This document shows positions 27,411 to 39,049 of a stretch of 64,000 bases of DNA, in pieces. A program made the translations under genes and the position numbers. Within the stretch, counting starts at the first letter, position 1, and each line of letters starts with the position of its first letter. The notes under the pieces were generated by a model. The model did not search any database, was not told where the DNA came from, and was given only the letters and a program-made list of their open reading frames with translations. The stretch is taken from positions 127,102,001 through 127,166,000 of the forward strand of contig NC_058368.1 in the NCBI RefSeq assembly GCF_018350175.1, read 5' to 3'. Origin of the DNA: Felis catus. Its lineage: Eukaryota.

Positions 27411-29250
27411 CAGCTACTACTTGGACTATCACTACAGGCTTAGGAGCTGCTGTCCTAACTCGTTGGTGATCCAGGTACAGGTCAGTTACCTGCTATTCCA
27501 TGATAAAGCTGCAGCATCAGAGAGAGCATTACAGCAATGGCTCATTCACATTCTAGAATGCCACTGGTTAAAAGCTGACACATTTTGCTATGATTTATCC
27601 TAACTAAAACAGTGTCAGTCATATAAATTCCTTGACACAAAGAAAATGTTGTGCCACATTGCAATAGCATGAAATCATGGATGTTGGGAATTATTATTTT
27701 CTCAATTTCATAAATATAAATATATATATATATGAATATTCCATGCATATTAATTACAAGGAGTTGAATTCCTCATCTTGGATGTATTTCAAACAGGAAG
27801 GAGAATTAGTTACAATGGGAACACTCTTCTGTGTGAAGCCTGAAAACAATTACATATTGAAACTATGTTTTATAAAACATTTTTTTTTTTTTTTAGCAGG
27901 TCACACTGGTGCCATCTACTTTGCAATTCAAAATGAACATTGTGTGGTATGAAATGAGAAAAGACCACAAGGTCACTTACTAGCAGTTTTCAAATGTCTT
28001 AAAAAAGAATCTACTTATCTTTTGACTCACTATCCTTATATCCACAGATTACTAGGTAGAAATGGGTTAAATTTTAAGCAAGGGAAATTAGAACTAGATG
28101 TAAATAAAATGTCCTAACTGCAGATTGTAAAATATGAGGGCTGTTTTCTGTAAGAAAGCTTTGGAAGGTGCAATCCTGATATGTATATATTCTATACCTA
28201 GTTTCTAGTTTTCTAATTTCTTGTTCTCCCTCATGTGTAGTAGAAAAATGAGATTTGCAGTTGACTCCCTTTGTCCTCTGGAGGAAGTTTTTAAGGCTGA
28301 GATGAAGGGATAAAATATCTTCTACATTCAAATCCATTAATTATCACTTTTGCCCGGAAGGTGGCAGTGTGATTAAGTGGGGTATGGCGCTACATGGTGG
28401 ATGTTTGGTTCAAAACTGGATGCAGTTCTTCCATTCTGGCCTCCTTTCTGGTCTTTGCTCCAACTTCTCTAGCCACACTTCCTCACCCCTTGCCCACAAT
28501 CTTTCCCTTGTATTTTTTTTTTCTATTATTCTGAAGTGCAGCTTAGCTTAGCTTCCCCAATTCACATCCTCACCCATCCCCCAGGACGTTCCTAAGAGAG
28601 ACAACTCCCTTAAAAGGCTGAAGGTTAATAATAAATACATATAGTTTAAATTTCCCTGCTAAGAGCGAGATAACTAAGAGAATGTATCCATAGATTCTGG
28701 CTTCTCCCTACTCTCCATTCTTTTAAAGAACTTCCTATTTTATGCTAAACCTAACCACAGGGCAAGGTATTTTGAGAGTCATAGGCACAGCCTCTTGTTA
28801 GTTATCTTTACAAGATTACACTTAATAGTACCATGCCCAAGCTCACTGTCTTCCGCCTTGTGATATCCCAGTCCTTTCTGGAGACCCTGATCCCTGGAGA
28901 GATTTGGTGCTTTTGGCTAGAATATACATTACTTCCACTATCCATTTTCTAATAAATCTCAAACTTCAGCTTTATCTCTGAGAAGCTGGATAATCTCTGG
29001 AAGGGCTCCTAAGAAAATCTATATTGGCTTTTAATTAAGATTGTGCTTTCTTTGTAACTACATTCTTCACCAACGTAGTTAATAAACCCGCAAGTCCCAT
29101 GCTTGATACCTTTATCCAGGCTTTCACAATTCTATATGTTTAACATTAGTATTATTCAGAATATTTATACATAGCTCTCAGGTATATCTCCCTAAGAAAA
29201 ATCTCCTTGAAGACTTTATTAACAGTCTTCCTTTTTCAGGTTCATCTTAA

Positions 29251-29302
29251 TTTATTGTTCTTTTTCTTTTTTCTTTCTCTCTTTTTCTTTCTTTTCTTTC
29301 TC

Positions 29303-29362
<60 letters not shown>

Positions 29363-29533
29363 AGAGAGAAGGAGAGCACAAATGGGGAAGAGGGGTAGAG
29401 AGAGAGAGAATCTTAAGCAGGAATCATATTCAATGTGGAGCCTGAAGTGGGGCCCTACCCCTAGACCCTGGGACATGACCTAAGCTGAAATCAAGAGTCA
29501 GATGCTCCACCAACTGAGCCACCCAGACGCTCC
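29251..29533 (-). mobile_element. Can-SINE whose tail expanded into a (CTTT)n microsatellite (about 29258-29362)
   Basis: SINE body at 29363-29533 preceded by a long TTTC repeat. Confidence 0.92.
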
Positions 29534-30891
29534 TTCTGCTTCATGTTAGAATCTACTTTTCTCTATCTTGCTAATCACAGTTGGATGGATGCATGACTAA
29601 CCATTTCTATATCTATGACTACATTCACGTCCTCATTCATTCTGACTTAGCAAAATTTACTACGTGACTGGAATGACTGACAAAGGGACTAATAAGATGA
29701 GCTAAACTTCATCTTTGTTAAAAGGCAAATTTTTGTAATGGGGACAAAACTGATCTGATGTGCTCCAGATCAATAGGGAGGAAAAGAGTAGAACTACATA
29801 TAGGACTCAGTGGACTGCACATACATCCACAGCTAGTTCTATTAATGTGGAGCTGATAGAATGCAGTGTCCCTGAGAAGAGTGTTGCATGGGGGAACATT
29901 ATCTTGAACTTTATTCTCCAGTGACATGACAGAAAAAGTGGGTTGAAAATCCCATTGGGAAACACCCACACTAAAGAAACATCTTTCTTCTGAAGGATTC
30001 AGTACCAATTCATCATTTCTTTACCAACCACCATGCTGAATTCATGACATGTCAACTATGCATACATGTAATCAATGATGATTATCACACCCAAAACAAG
30101 TCTAAAATAAGTTTGTAGAAAGTAAGAAGATGCTAAATAAAATTAATGGATCTTAACTATTATAACTCTTCTGTGATTTTTCAGAAATGAGAATCATCCC
30201 ATAACTTTAAAGTCTTTCAAGGTAGAAGTATGTGAACTATTGTTATTTGAACTTCCCAGGAAGTTTTATTACCAGCAAGTTTATCCTAGTACGCATAATG
30301 ATACAAAAAACACAAATGACTCTCCAGTGGTTAAGGTAACACTACAGAAAATAGAACTAAAAAAGGATCTTAGTAGTTCATTAGCTTAGTGGTTTTCAAA
30401 TACTATTCCTTGGAACCTTAAAGCTCTTTTTAGAGGTATTGCAAGAACAGGGATTAGATTCGAGATAGTGGGAAAAGGGCAAATTCAGTGGTGATTTTGT
30501 TATATGTATGTTTATGTATTTTTACCAGTATATTTCATATATATGTATGTTTTAACAATTTTACCTCTACATATCAAATATGCATACAATTTTAAATCTT
30601 CAATATATACTCACTTATGTACATTAGCATTTCATTTATAAAAAGTGGTCTATGGAGAAAAGCATATTTGAAATTCATGGATCTAGCTCACCCTCTTTAA
30701 TTTACAGTGAATAAACACCCCTATAGAGGGATGAGGTGGCTTCTCCAGGGACACAGCAAGCTAGAGGTAGGCTGGACAAAGGACAAAGGACTTTTTCAGG
30801 GAATCATAATTTATGACTTTAAAGATTATATCTTTCTGTGATCCACTCTGTGCTTCCCTAGTTATGTTTTAAATGATACTCAAGGGATCCT

Positions 30892-31000
30892 GGGGGCAAC
30901 TGGTGGCTCAGTCAGTGTAACACACAGCTCTTGATTTCAGGGTTGTGAGTTTGAGCCCCAATTGGGTGTAGAGATTATTTAAAAATAAAATCTTAAAAAA
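30892..31000 (+). mobile_element. Short Can-SINE lacking the CT tract
   Basis: TSD tactcaagggatc at 30877-30889 and 31002-31014. Confidence 0.9.
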
Positions 31001-31165
31001 GTACTCAAGGGATCTTAATCACTTCTAAAAGTTGTGTATCTTTAAGTCTATTATATAACAGAGGAGATATAAGCTTACATAACAGGATCAAAAAAGTTTA
31101 TAATATGGTCAAAACTCTGAACCGACCTAAGCCAAGTCACAGAGTATATTGCACAGGTTAGGAAA

Positions 31166-31389
31166 GGGGTGCCTGGGTTGCTCAGTCGGTTGGGTGTCCA
31201 ACTCTTGATTTTAGCTCAGGTCAGGATACCACAGTCCTGGCATCCAGTCTTGTGTTTGGCTCCATGCTGAGCATGAAGCATGCTTAAGATCCTCTCTCTC
31301 TCTCCCTCTGCCGCTCTTCCCCACTCATGCTCTCTCTCTCTCTCTAAAATAAAAAATAATAATAATAATTAAATAAATAAAATTTTAAA
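31166..31389 (+). mobile_element. Can-SINE
   Basis: Typical structure; TSD taggaaag. Confidence 0.93.
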
Positions 31390-31814
31390 CATGTAGGAAA
31401 GAAGATTCTGTACCTTTTTCAAAGGTGACTTAAAACAGTATGAAACTTCATACAAAGTCTGAGATATAGTATTTATTTCTAAGCTGAAGACTTACAGAGC
31501 TTTCCAAGAACAAAGAAAGATGATCTATTTAAAACTGGGAGATGCTGAACTTTTGCTCTTTATTTCTGTAATTGGGAACACATGACCTTATTTGCTACCA
31601 AAAGAGAATATACTAGTCTAGAGGCTATAACTGCAGTAATCTCTCAAACAGCCATTTTCAACACCCCTCACCATCCCTAAACTTCATAGGCTATCATATG
31701 TTTAAAAAGACAACTTCCAATCTATTTCTACAATATCCAATACTGTATTTAGATATATTCAAAAGATGCGCAATTTTAAAATCATTAAAATGATAATTAC
31801 GTAGACAGTAGAGG

Positions 31815-32070
31815 GAGGCAACATGCTGAAGTAAAAACAGCACTGTCTTTGGAGCAGGCCCACTTGGGTTATGATCCCAGGCTTCCCTGGCAATTAAAGG
31901 TCCTTGACCAAGTTATTCTTTTAGTCTCATTTCCTCTTCTGCAGAGTGTGGATTGATAACTCTCTCAATGTGGTTATGAAAACGAAATAAGATACTGTAT
32001 ATAAAATTCTCCACAGAGTTTTCATTCATAAAATACACTCGTTAAAATGAAAGCTACAAGTATTGTTATT
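31815..32070 (+). mobile_element. MIR
   Basis: tttggagcaggcccacttgggttatgatcccagg...gtctcatttcctcttctgcaga...ataagatactgtatataaa. Confidence 0.7.
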
Positions 32071-32291
32071 AGAAAAGTAGAAAAATGTCACTATGTTAAA
32101 TGAAGCAGAACACAAAAATGGTATTTACAACAACTGATTCAAATATACCAGCTAAGCAAAAAAAATGAAAACAGTTGAGTTAGGGGTAGTGAGAGTTATG
32201 AGGAATTCTCCAAAGTACTAATCAATATTATTACATCTTTTTATTTTCAATTATAAAATTAGTAGTTTTAGTCCAATCAATGTTTTTCAAT

Positions 32292-32346
32292 GGGTGGTGT
32301 GATTGAGAAGTTATAACGGAAAAGCTGATAAGGAGAAGACATTGTC
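32292..32346 (+). repeat. 55-bp direct repeat, copy 1
   Basis: gggtggtgtgattgagaagttataacggaaaagctgataaggagaagacattgtc; 53/55 identical to 33978-34032. Confidence 0.95.
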
Positions 32347-33977
32347 TTGAGGTCAAAATAAGAATTCTCAGCCAGCCTGAATTTTTACCTTAGGAAGAGA
32401 GAGTTGATAGAAAAACACAATAATTTATTGATCTGAGCAGCGACGTTATTCAGATAATCGAATTTGCTCCATATTGAAACGCTTATTCCCCATACTTTGG
32501 ACATTGAGCAAACTGTTGTTTACCAGATGTGTAGATATTTGCACATAAAACTATGAGCTTGCTTCTGCACATGGTAGTTATATTTTGAATATATTTAAAC
32601 ATCAAGGTAAAATACTTCCTTGATGAAAACACTCACACAATAATGCAATGAAGTTCAATGACATTCCGTTACCTCCCTTCCTGCCACTTTTACCCTCACA
32701 GATAAGCAACCACTATCAAAGGCTTTGGGAGAACTTTCCAAACTTCTTGTATGTCTTAATCCTGAGTATAATTTTCACATATTTAATAATGTTTCAAAAT
32801 TTACTTCATAAAAAAACCCCACAGTTATATTTTAGATAGTAGTGTCTCTTTTTCCCCCAGCATACATAATGAACAATCTTAAATAAAAAAAGCATATGCC
32901 AAATAATGAACATCCGATAGCAGGAAAGAACAAAATCCAGTTTTATAAGCCAAATATCTCTTTATACTTATATTTGGAAAGTTAATAACTTTTCATTTAA
33001 ACTGAATTATATAAGTCTTAATTAGACTAGGGAAAATTATCTCTAGGATAGGTTTATAAATGGGAAGATGCTATAATATTATAGTACTATTATAATATAT
33101 AATTGTTGACAGAATTTAAAGGCAGACTATTATTCCTGAAAAAACTAGAAAGGCAAACAATGCCCCAATCTATGAGCCTGCTAATTTTATTAAAATTTTA
33201 TGAGTGTAAGAAAACACATATATTAAGTTTTTCTTGATTTCACACATGTATACTTTTAAAGGAATGCTAAAGGATAAATACTATAATCATATTCTGTTAG
33301 AACCTGGCACATACTCAGTACTCACTAAATACCAGTTCAATAAATAAAAGTAACCTAGTATTTATTCTTGTTATGTAATATTCTAAATTTCTGACATCTA
33401 TACTACAAGGAAACAAATTGATTTCAAGTTTATTTTTATTTTACTTTTTCGAAATTCATAAAATTTTAACTATACATAAGGCTTTTCTTTTAAGTATATG
33501 GACTAAAACGAAAGGTATAAATTATCATTAGGAGTATGCCATGAACCTCTTTCAAAAATGTGACTATCTCACAGGGCTGTGAACACCAAGTTAGTACGGA
33601 TTGCTTTTTCTGGTACTGGTTGGAGAGATACAGACAGAACACAGTAAAGGAAAAGTAATCTGAAGCACTGGATTCTTGCAGAAGGCAGTTCGAAAACTTC
33701 CAAAAGATAGCATTTGGCTTGGAAGCATCCAAGGGGGACTAGACAATTTTGGAAAAGTGGACCAATAGAACAGAAAATAGATTTACTAAGCAAACCTAAG
33801 ATGGTCAAGCCAAAAGACGGGTCTCCAAGAACAAAGCATTCTGATGTCCAGAATGAAATAAAACCATGTGAAAGAGGGATTACTGGTAAATCATTTGGTT
33901 TCTTTTATGGGAAGTCAACTGTAAAGAGGATGAAGTAGTCTCTGGCATCTGAAAAGGAAAGGAGGTGGAGTGTGGGG

Positions 33978-34032
33978 GGGTGGTGTGATTGAGAAGTTAT
34001 AATGGAAAAGCTGATAAGGAGAAGGCATTGTC
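33978..34032 (+). repeat. 55-bp direct repeat, copy 2
   Basis: gggtggtgtgattgagaagttataatggaaaagctgataaggagaaggcattgtc. Confidence 0.95.
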
Positions 34033-36196
34033 CCACAGAGCTCCCTGGGGCCCGTGCAAAGGCGCGGGGAGAACGATGCTGTTAGTTCTAAAAATTAAGT
34101 ATCTATCTATATACATACATATATTTCCTCTATATACCTAATCTATAATCTGTATAGATTTCACTATAGATAAATATAAATAAAGGTATGTATAGTATTT
34201 GAGTGAAAAAAGGACATTGGAATGTTAAAACTGTAACTACAGCACTTACAACCTCAGGCCAAAAGATTTAGAGACAACAGTGATACACTCAAGCAGTTAA
34301 GTTATTAATAAGTCAGATGCAAGATTAATAACTGGAGAGGCATCCCTACTGTGCTGTTAAGCCTAGGAATAATTAGCATAAAGAGACGTTTATTTCTTAC
34401 ATAAAAAACATTCTGACCCCAACACCACGCAAAATACTTACATGGAACAATATACACAGCCACAAGTCAGTATTTTTAAAAATTTATTTTGATTTGTTAC
34501 CTTATTTATTTATGAAAAATACCTTACAGAATTTAGAATTATAAAATAGAATAGTTGTGGATAAAAACAGACTGTCAATCTCAGAGGAGTAAAGACTGTC
34601 ACGGTTACCAGACACCTGCAATGAACCAATTATTGCCCATTGAAACTTGACTTTAAAAATAGGTCTCCTGGAAGCTTAGGCAAAAAGGGAAATAGGTTGG
34701 CTAAATACTATTTACTCAGGTATCAGATTAGTTTTTCAAATAGCCAGGAGAGAAATCACTAATTAATAAAATTCATATATTTTATAAATTCTGATTACCC
34801 ATTTATTTTGGTCAGAGATTTATATTAGCTGTGGTGATTAATAAAAAAGATTCTAAGTATTTCCCAGGATTCATTATTTGGCATAAAAGAACCATACAAA
34901 TTAATTTGCAGATGCAAGATTTTCCATAAGTAAACTCAGGAGGAACTTATTGCCTGTATTACTTCAAAAGATTTTTTTGCATATATTCTTTTCTAAGGAA
35001 TCACAAGTGACATAAGAGACAGAGTCTGCATCTATAGTTTTTAAAAATCACAGAAACACTACTAAAGGAACAGTTCTTGAGTCTAGCCCCCTATGAAACA
35101 CTAGTACAGTAACAGCAAATGATAACCCAACCACATAAACACGGGCTGAATTCCTTACGCAAATATCATGAGTATTTGCATTTGTTTGACTGCTTAGATA
35201 ATACGTAACACATTTAGCCTGTCTGCTTCTATCCTATCTCCAAACACCTGCACTCCATTATTGCTTTCATTTCCCCTATATGAGGCATAGTTATTTCCAT
35301 TCCAAAGAGTGGAGCTTATTTATTTATAATCAAGTACTAAGATAAATAAAATAAGATTAGCCGCTGAAAAGTATTCTGTAAATAGCTATTCTAGACACAG
35401 AAGTCACTTTACTGGGAAACTATCCCTTAAGGGCTATTTGTTTACAAGCATATCAAATCAATATTGGGGGAAATGGTAGAATAAAATATTACAATAAATT
35501 GAACTTAAGATACTTTTTTAAATCAAATATTTATTCTATTGTTGTGTTAGATAAACAAAGCAATGAATATCAAGCAAGTCATTTTTACTGCGTCTCTACC
35601 TGTACATTTGCTTCTAGATTGAATTTATAATTTTTATAATCTTGAACTGGTACTTTTCATTAGAGTGAAAACACTAAAGTTATCAAAAAACATTACCAGG
35701 GAACATTATTAATAAAACAAACCATAGACGATGGAATGACAAGCAACTTGATTTACATGTAGCCACTCAGTTAAATTCAAGTTAGTCATATGATGGAAGA
35801 TATATAACATTATTAATTTCTCTAACATATCTGTGCTAAACGCCAAGGTATCTTCTAAAGACAATGGCGTACTGTCACCTACCAGCCTGCTTGTAGCAGG
35901 CAAGAAAGATGAGAAAACAAGACCAAACCAGACAGTGAAAAAGGACAAGCTTTCACCTAAGCTCCCAACAAGTTTCCTTCCTTCCCTAAAAATCATCAGG
36001 AGATGAATCGCTGTAGTCCACATGGAGTTAAAAAAAAAAAAAACAGCAACAACTGTGGGCACCCCTGTTTTTACAGCAGAAAAAAAATGGGCATAAATTA
36101 GACAATAAAAGTGTTACCAATACCATGCTTTCTTACAAAGCCTTAACATCACACCTAACTTCTGAACTTCCTCAGCAATTTCTAAAGACTCAAGTA

Positions 36197-36204
36197 TTAC
36201 GTCA
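36197..36204. promoter_or_regulatory. CRE/ATF-like site TTACGTCA just inside intron 1 of PDE4D9
   Basis: 7/8 match to TGACGTCA with the CpG retained in CpG-poor surroundings. Confidence 0.35.
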
Positions 36205-36238
36205 ATCTTAAAAGGCGAGAAGCATGAGAGAAAAAGCA

Positions 36239-36246
36239 CATTACCA
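36239..36246 (-). other. PDE4D: 5' splice donor of the PDE4D9 first exon (TG|GTAATG)
   Basis: Canonical GT at 36244-36243 on the minus strand, immediately after the coding segment. Confidence 0.88.
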
Positions 36247-36309
36247 AGCTGCCTCTGTAGTCCTTAAGGAACTCGTAGACCGGGATCTTGGCTTCATAAT
36301 AATGCTCAT
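36245..36309 (-). CDS. PDE4D: Isoform-specific first coding exon of cAMP-specific phosphodiesterase 4D, long isoform PDE4D9 (MSIIMKPRSRSTSSLRTTEAA+TG, phase 2)
   Basis: Reverse complement reads CTCAAA-ATG AGC ATT ATT ATG AAG CCA AGA TCC CGG TCT ACG AGT TCC TTA AGG ACT ACA GAG GCA GCT TG|GTAATG, with a -3 A Kozak context and a GT donor. The peptide matches my recollection of the PDE4D9 N-terminus (human MSIIMKPRSRSTSSLRTAEAVC-FDVDNG). Phase 2 fits splicing to the common UCR1 exon, which is not in this window. Confidence 0.93.
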
Positions 36310-37320
36310 TTTGAGGAAAAAAAAAAAAAAAACAAAAAACAAAAAGAAAGAAGGAAAAAAAAGCAAAAGGAAAAAGGGAAAAATGTCTTCAAGTATTCTG
36401 ATCAATACATTTCAGCTGTCTTTCTACAAAGATGATTTTAAATATATTCCATTTCCAAGGGAGGCTGCTTGAAGAAATCCAAATTCCCCGGAATCCAGCT
36501 GAGGCCCCCAGTCCAGCACATAAGGAAGCTTCTAAGACACAGGAGCTCTTTCCTCTTTCATGCTGAATTTACTCCAGCACCAGGCTGTTTGGAAGTGAAC
36601 AGTTTCTTTTATGTTTTGCATTGCCAACGGAGGAACTGAATTTTGAATCTATTCTTCATCTGGTCACAAGGGAAACCAACACAGTGAAAGAGCCACTTGT
36701 CTTTGTATTTTCTGCAAATCTCTCATAACAGGTTTAAAGATTCCCAACACTCGCAAAGTACTCAGGTAGAGTGAAAGGGAAAGAAACGGACTGCGAGGTA
36801 CTGTAACACAAGAGAGCTGTCAGGGAAGTTCCATTTCAGGGCGACCACAGGCAAACACTCTTCTGGGGCAGCCAAGAAGCCAGCCAGAGAAAGGAGCCCT
36901 CCGCACTTCAGTTGGGCCCAGTGCTTTACCTGTGAATGTAATTTCCGCTGTATCCCCTGCTTAGAATCTGACTCCAAGCCTTTGTGAATGAGAACTATCA
37001 TTCAATCTCTCCAGGCAGAAACTATTCCTCAAGGGCTGTATGACGTCTGTAGGAAGGCAGTTCAAAACATCGCAGGGAAGTGAGAGAGGAAAAAAAAAAA
37101 AAGCACCCAGCCCTGCCGCGTCAATTGCTTAAACTTACAAGCTAAGGGGCAGACAGACGAGCGCCAGGGACCAGAACTGTAAACCTACCAAGCCGACAGA
37201 CCTCTCAAAACTTATAAAACAATTTCCTTCTCTGGGAAATGAGGTGTCTGTGTTATTCAGGGTAAGATTCCCTGACCACCTTTATAAGGAACACACCCCT
37301 TTGCAAATGAGTTGTTTGTC
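36310..37320 (-). promoter_or_regulatory. PDE4D: Putative 5'UTR and alternative promoter of PDE4D9
   Basis: Repeat-free, locally CpG-enriched sequence directly upstream of the ATG. It contains TGACGTCT (37041-37048), a CGTCA half-CRE (37119-37123), a minus-strand TATAAAG (37286-37280) and a CACACCC box (37292-37298). The TSS cannot be determined from sequence. Confidence 0.6.
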
Positions 37321-39049
37321 TCTCTCCCCTTCAAAAAAAAAAAAAGTGATTTTCTCAAAGTCTCACACTGAAACTAAACACTCTCATCAGAACCAAAGTT
37401 GAGAGAAATTGAGGGCTTAGCAGTTGTTATTTTGAGCCTTTTTAATGAAATGTCACGCTTTGGGTTTGGTTGTAGAGATGCAAACTGACTCTTGAAAATT
37501 AAACAGAGGGCAGCAGGAATCATTGCACCAGGTCGTGCTGGAATGCTTGAACTGAAGAATCAAATATATTACTGCTGGACAAGTGACTACATGTACGAAG
37601 GCTGTTCCCTTGCACAATGTTTTCTAAACCTTATTTCTTTTTGAAAATCATATGCAAATTTTACTGATCTCTGTACACTGAAGGCTCTGCACTTGTTAAG
37701 TCTTCACCACTCTCCAGTGAGGAATGAGGCTCCTATCATACTATCTTAACATCCTATTATTGTGAAGACCAATCCCTGCCCCACCTCCTACAACTGCAAT
37801 ACAAACTGTTCTATTGTAGCAGACATAATCTAGAATGATTTGAATCACTCCTAAGAGAAGGACCCTTTGATCACCCTGGCTATCCTTCTGGACATTTGCA
37901 CAGAGAATATGTATTCGTCTGGATATACCAACTTCAGTGACTTTGCATGTGAATTATCGACTGAAAATTATTTAAGCATCTGATTCTTCAAATTACATTA
38001 GTTAGTACGTTGGTTCTCTAGGCTGACGTTAACGTGGTATTTATTTAGCATTTGCAGGCAGGATGTTGGAGTGCAATTGTGACCCACCCAAAGGATTTGG
38101 AAAATTAATGCAGTAAGGCATCCCTCCAGGGGCTCTGGCTGCTTACTGCAACAAAACCTTCAACTCCTCCCCTGGTCACACTTTAAGGTGCAGTTGTAAT
38201 TTTGTCTCCTCTCAGGGACCCTCAGGCTTCCTAAGGAAAATGCTAATAAACAACTTTCAATATAGTTACCTCCTTAAGCTTTTCAGTTGTCCTATGACTG
38301 CTCAGGAACAGTGACACATTCTTAGCTCTGTCCCACGTTTAGTGTATTGCTGGTACTTTAAGGCAGATTAGCCAATCACATATTTTTAGAAGTTCAAAAG
38401 AAGGTTTGTGAGACTACTCACTTTGGGAGGGGGGAAGGGGTTTATGGGAGGAGGTCTGTCTTTTATCTCCTCAGAATTTTAATGTGGGAAAAGGAAGAAA
38501 GAACAGAGTACAAGTAAGCCACTACTATTATTTATCTGAAGCACTGTTCCCTTCCAAGTAAGGTCTATGAAAAATCCTGTGGTTGCCATTTCAACAAGAA
38601 AATGACAACGATAACAGAATGTAATGTCTGAATGCTATGTGTTAAACTTTGCAGAAATAATCCAGCCCTGTATTTTACCATCCCCCAGAAGGCTCTCTGT
38701 CCCAGCGAGATTACTTAGCTCACTGTCCCTCCCTTTGCTGTCACATACACGTAAGAGGTTAGTGCTGCCCTATAAACTTTTCCTTCCTTCCTTGCTCAAT
38801 GTTCTGTGTATTCTAAGAATCTATCTCTGAAGATTCTAACGCACTTATTGGGTATCTCCTAAACACTGTATAACCATCCTATAATGTCTAATACATCATT
38901 CTTGTCCCCAAGGAAAACAAGTGTTAAGTGGAGTATCTGACAATGTATGCAACTAATCAGAATACTCAATGCTTCTTGGATGGGTACATCAAGGTTGCCA
39001 TTACAGAGAAAGAAAGATGCACAGTATCATCAGGCCACTGAGATTTAAA

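Larger units (their letters stand above)
1..36244 (-). other. PDE4D: PDE4D intron downstream of the PDE4D9 first exon (runs off the left edge)
   Basis: Follows the donor. I saw no sequence encoding the next common exon (FDVDNGTSAGRSPLD...) in 1-36244, and the region is repeat-rich and non-coding. Confidence 0.8.

Noticed and set aside
33071..33100. AT-rich palindromes (ctataatattatag, atagtactat)
   Set aside because: Low-complexity sequence, expected by chance at this AT content.
32292..34032. The 55-bp repeats read as CRISPR repeats or LTR ends
   Set aside because: Eukaryotic DNA with only two copies, no TG...CA ends, primer-binding site or polypurine tract, and no internal retroviral sequence.
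35709..36062. Longest ORF (117 aa, minus strand) just downstream of the exon
   Set aside because: It has a non-ATG start, poly-Phe from a T run and no recognisable similarity to PDE4D or any other protein.
36224..36472. Plus-strand 82-aa Lys-rich ORF overlapping the PDE4D9 exon
   Set aside because: Antisense shadow; the Lys run is simply the A-rich complement of the pyrimidine tract.
37279..37289. CArG-like CCTTTATAAGG
   Set aside because: It has seven A/T bases between CC and GG rather than the six needed for SRF.
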